Position numbers and translations under genes: made by a program | Shown: positions 63,729 through 64,000 of the stretch, one piece after another | How the letters are laid out: every line of letters begins with the position of its first letter | Position numbering within the stretch: position 1 is the first letter of the stretch | Assembly (NCBI GenBank): GCA_019638695.1 | Contig: JAHBTG010000004.1 | Span: 3,233 to 67,232 of the forward strand | From: Bacteroidota bacterium | GTDB taxonomy: Bacteria; Bacteroidota; Bacteroidia; J057; JAJTIE01 | DNA: 64,000 bases | Reading direction: 5' to 3' | The notes under the pieces: model-generated | Database searches by the model: none | Told to the model about the DNA's origin: nothing | The model's input: only the letters and a program-made list of their open reading frames with translations

Positions 63729-64000
63729 GCTGTTATCACAAGCAAAGTTAAAGGTTTTCAGTGCGCTGCATCTGAAGAAAGTCCGACAGGCAGAAGGGCT
63801 GTATCTGGCCCCGGGAGAGAAGCTCCTGCAGGAAGTCCTTCAGCGAGGAATGCGGCCCGAGGCCGTCATCGCAGATCCCGGCTTTATACCCAGGTTACCG
63901 CAGGCACTGCCCTGCCCCGTATACGAAGCTACCGGCGCCCAGCTCAGGCGCATCAGTGGCCATGAACAACCGGAGGGCGTTGTAACAGTGCTGCCGCTGC
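63727..64000 (+). CDS. TrmH/SpoU-family RNA methyltransferase, N-terminal part (3' end outside the window)
   Basis: This frame is open from ATG 63727 to the window end and is not in the track because there is no stop. MLLSQAKLKVFSALHLKKVRQAEGLYLAPGEKLLQEVLQRGMRPEAVIAD... resembles the N-terminal substrate-binding domain of RlmB/TrmH-like enzymes (SxxNxxxKxxxxLxxKKxRxxxGxFxxEGxKLxxE). Confidence 0.55.
   Translation, partial: MLLSQAKLKVFSALHLKKVRQAEGLYLAPGEKLLQEVLQRGMRPEAVIADPGFIPRLPQALPCPVYEATGAQLRRISGHEQPEGVVTVLPL

Overview
This 64-kb window comes from a fairly GC-rich member of the Bacteroidota. I infer the phylum from T9SS type A and type B C-terminal sorting domains, a PorP/SprF gene, TAnnTTTG -7 promoter boxes in front of many genes, and a murF-less dcw gene order. 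I cannot assign a species.

Housekeeping content, in order:
- a partial thioredoxin-fold gene, recN and a secreted hypothetical protein
- RNase P RNA, an alpha/beta hydrolase and tRNA-Thr(CGU)
- a thiolase, DUF1697 and a beta-carbonic anhydrase
- a RelE/ParE-type toxin-antitoxin pair and a GlmU-like nucleotidyltransferase
- a dcw cluster (mraZ-rsmH-ftsL-ftsI-murE-mraY-murD) that stops after murD
- a DUF4476 protein, a purE-like gene and two outer-membrane barrel/porin genes
- an Omp85 (BamA/TamA-family) gene followed by a small tandem-repeat protein
- a partial TrmH-like methyltransferase

Roughly half of the window encodes six giant secreted proteins: 1863, 2680, 2520, 1485, 756 and 646 aa. 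Four of them carry T9SS sorting domains.

The two most interesting items are these:
1. Block 36.4-52.9 kb: consecutive giant proteins share a cohesin-like N-terminal module and/or a dockerin-like C-terminal module, in a combinatorial pattern. They are wired to T9SS type A/type B anchors and a PorP/SprF gene.
2. Gene 53,043-57,785: a monocistronic 1580-aa STAND NTPase. Its layout is two DUF4062/TIR-like N-modules, a P-loop NTPase, one TM helix, a coiled coil, a WD40 propeller and LysM. This predicts a transmembrane NLR-like protein with a periplasmic sensor half.

I recognised no CRISPR array, transposase or integrase. All homology statements come from reading the translations by eye; no searches were run.
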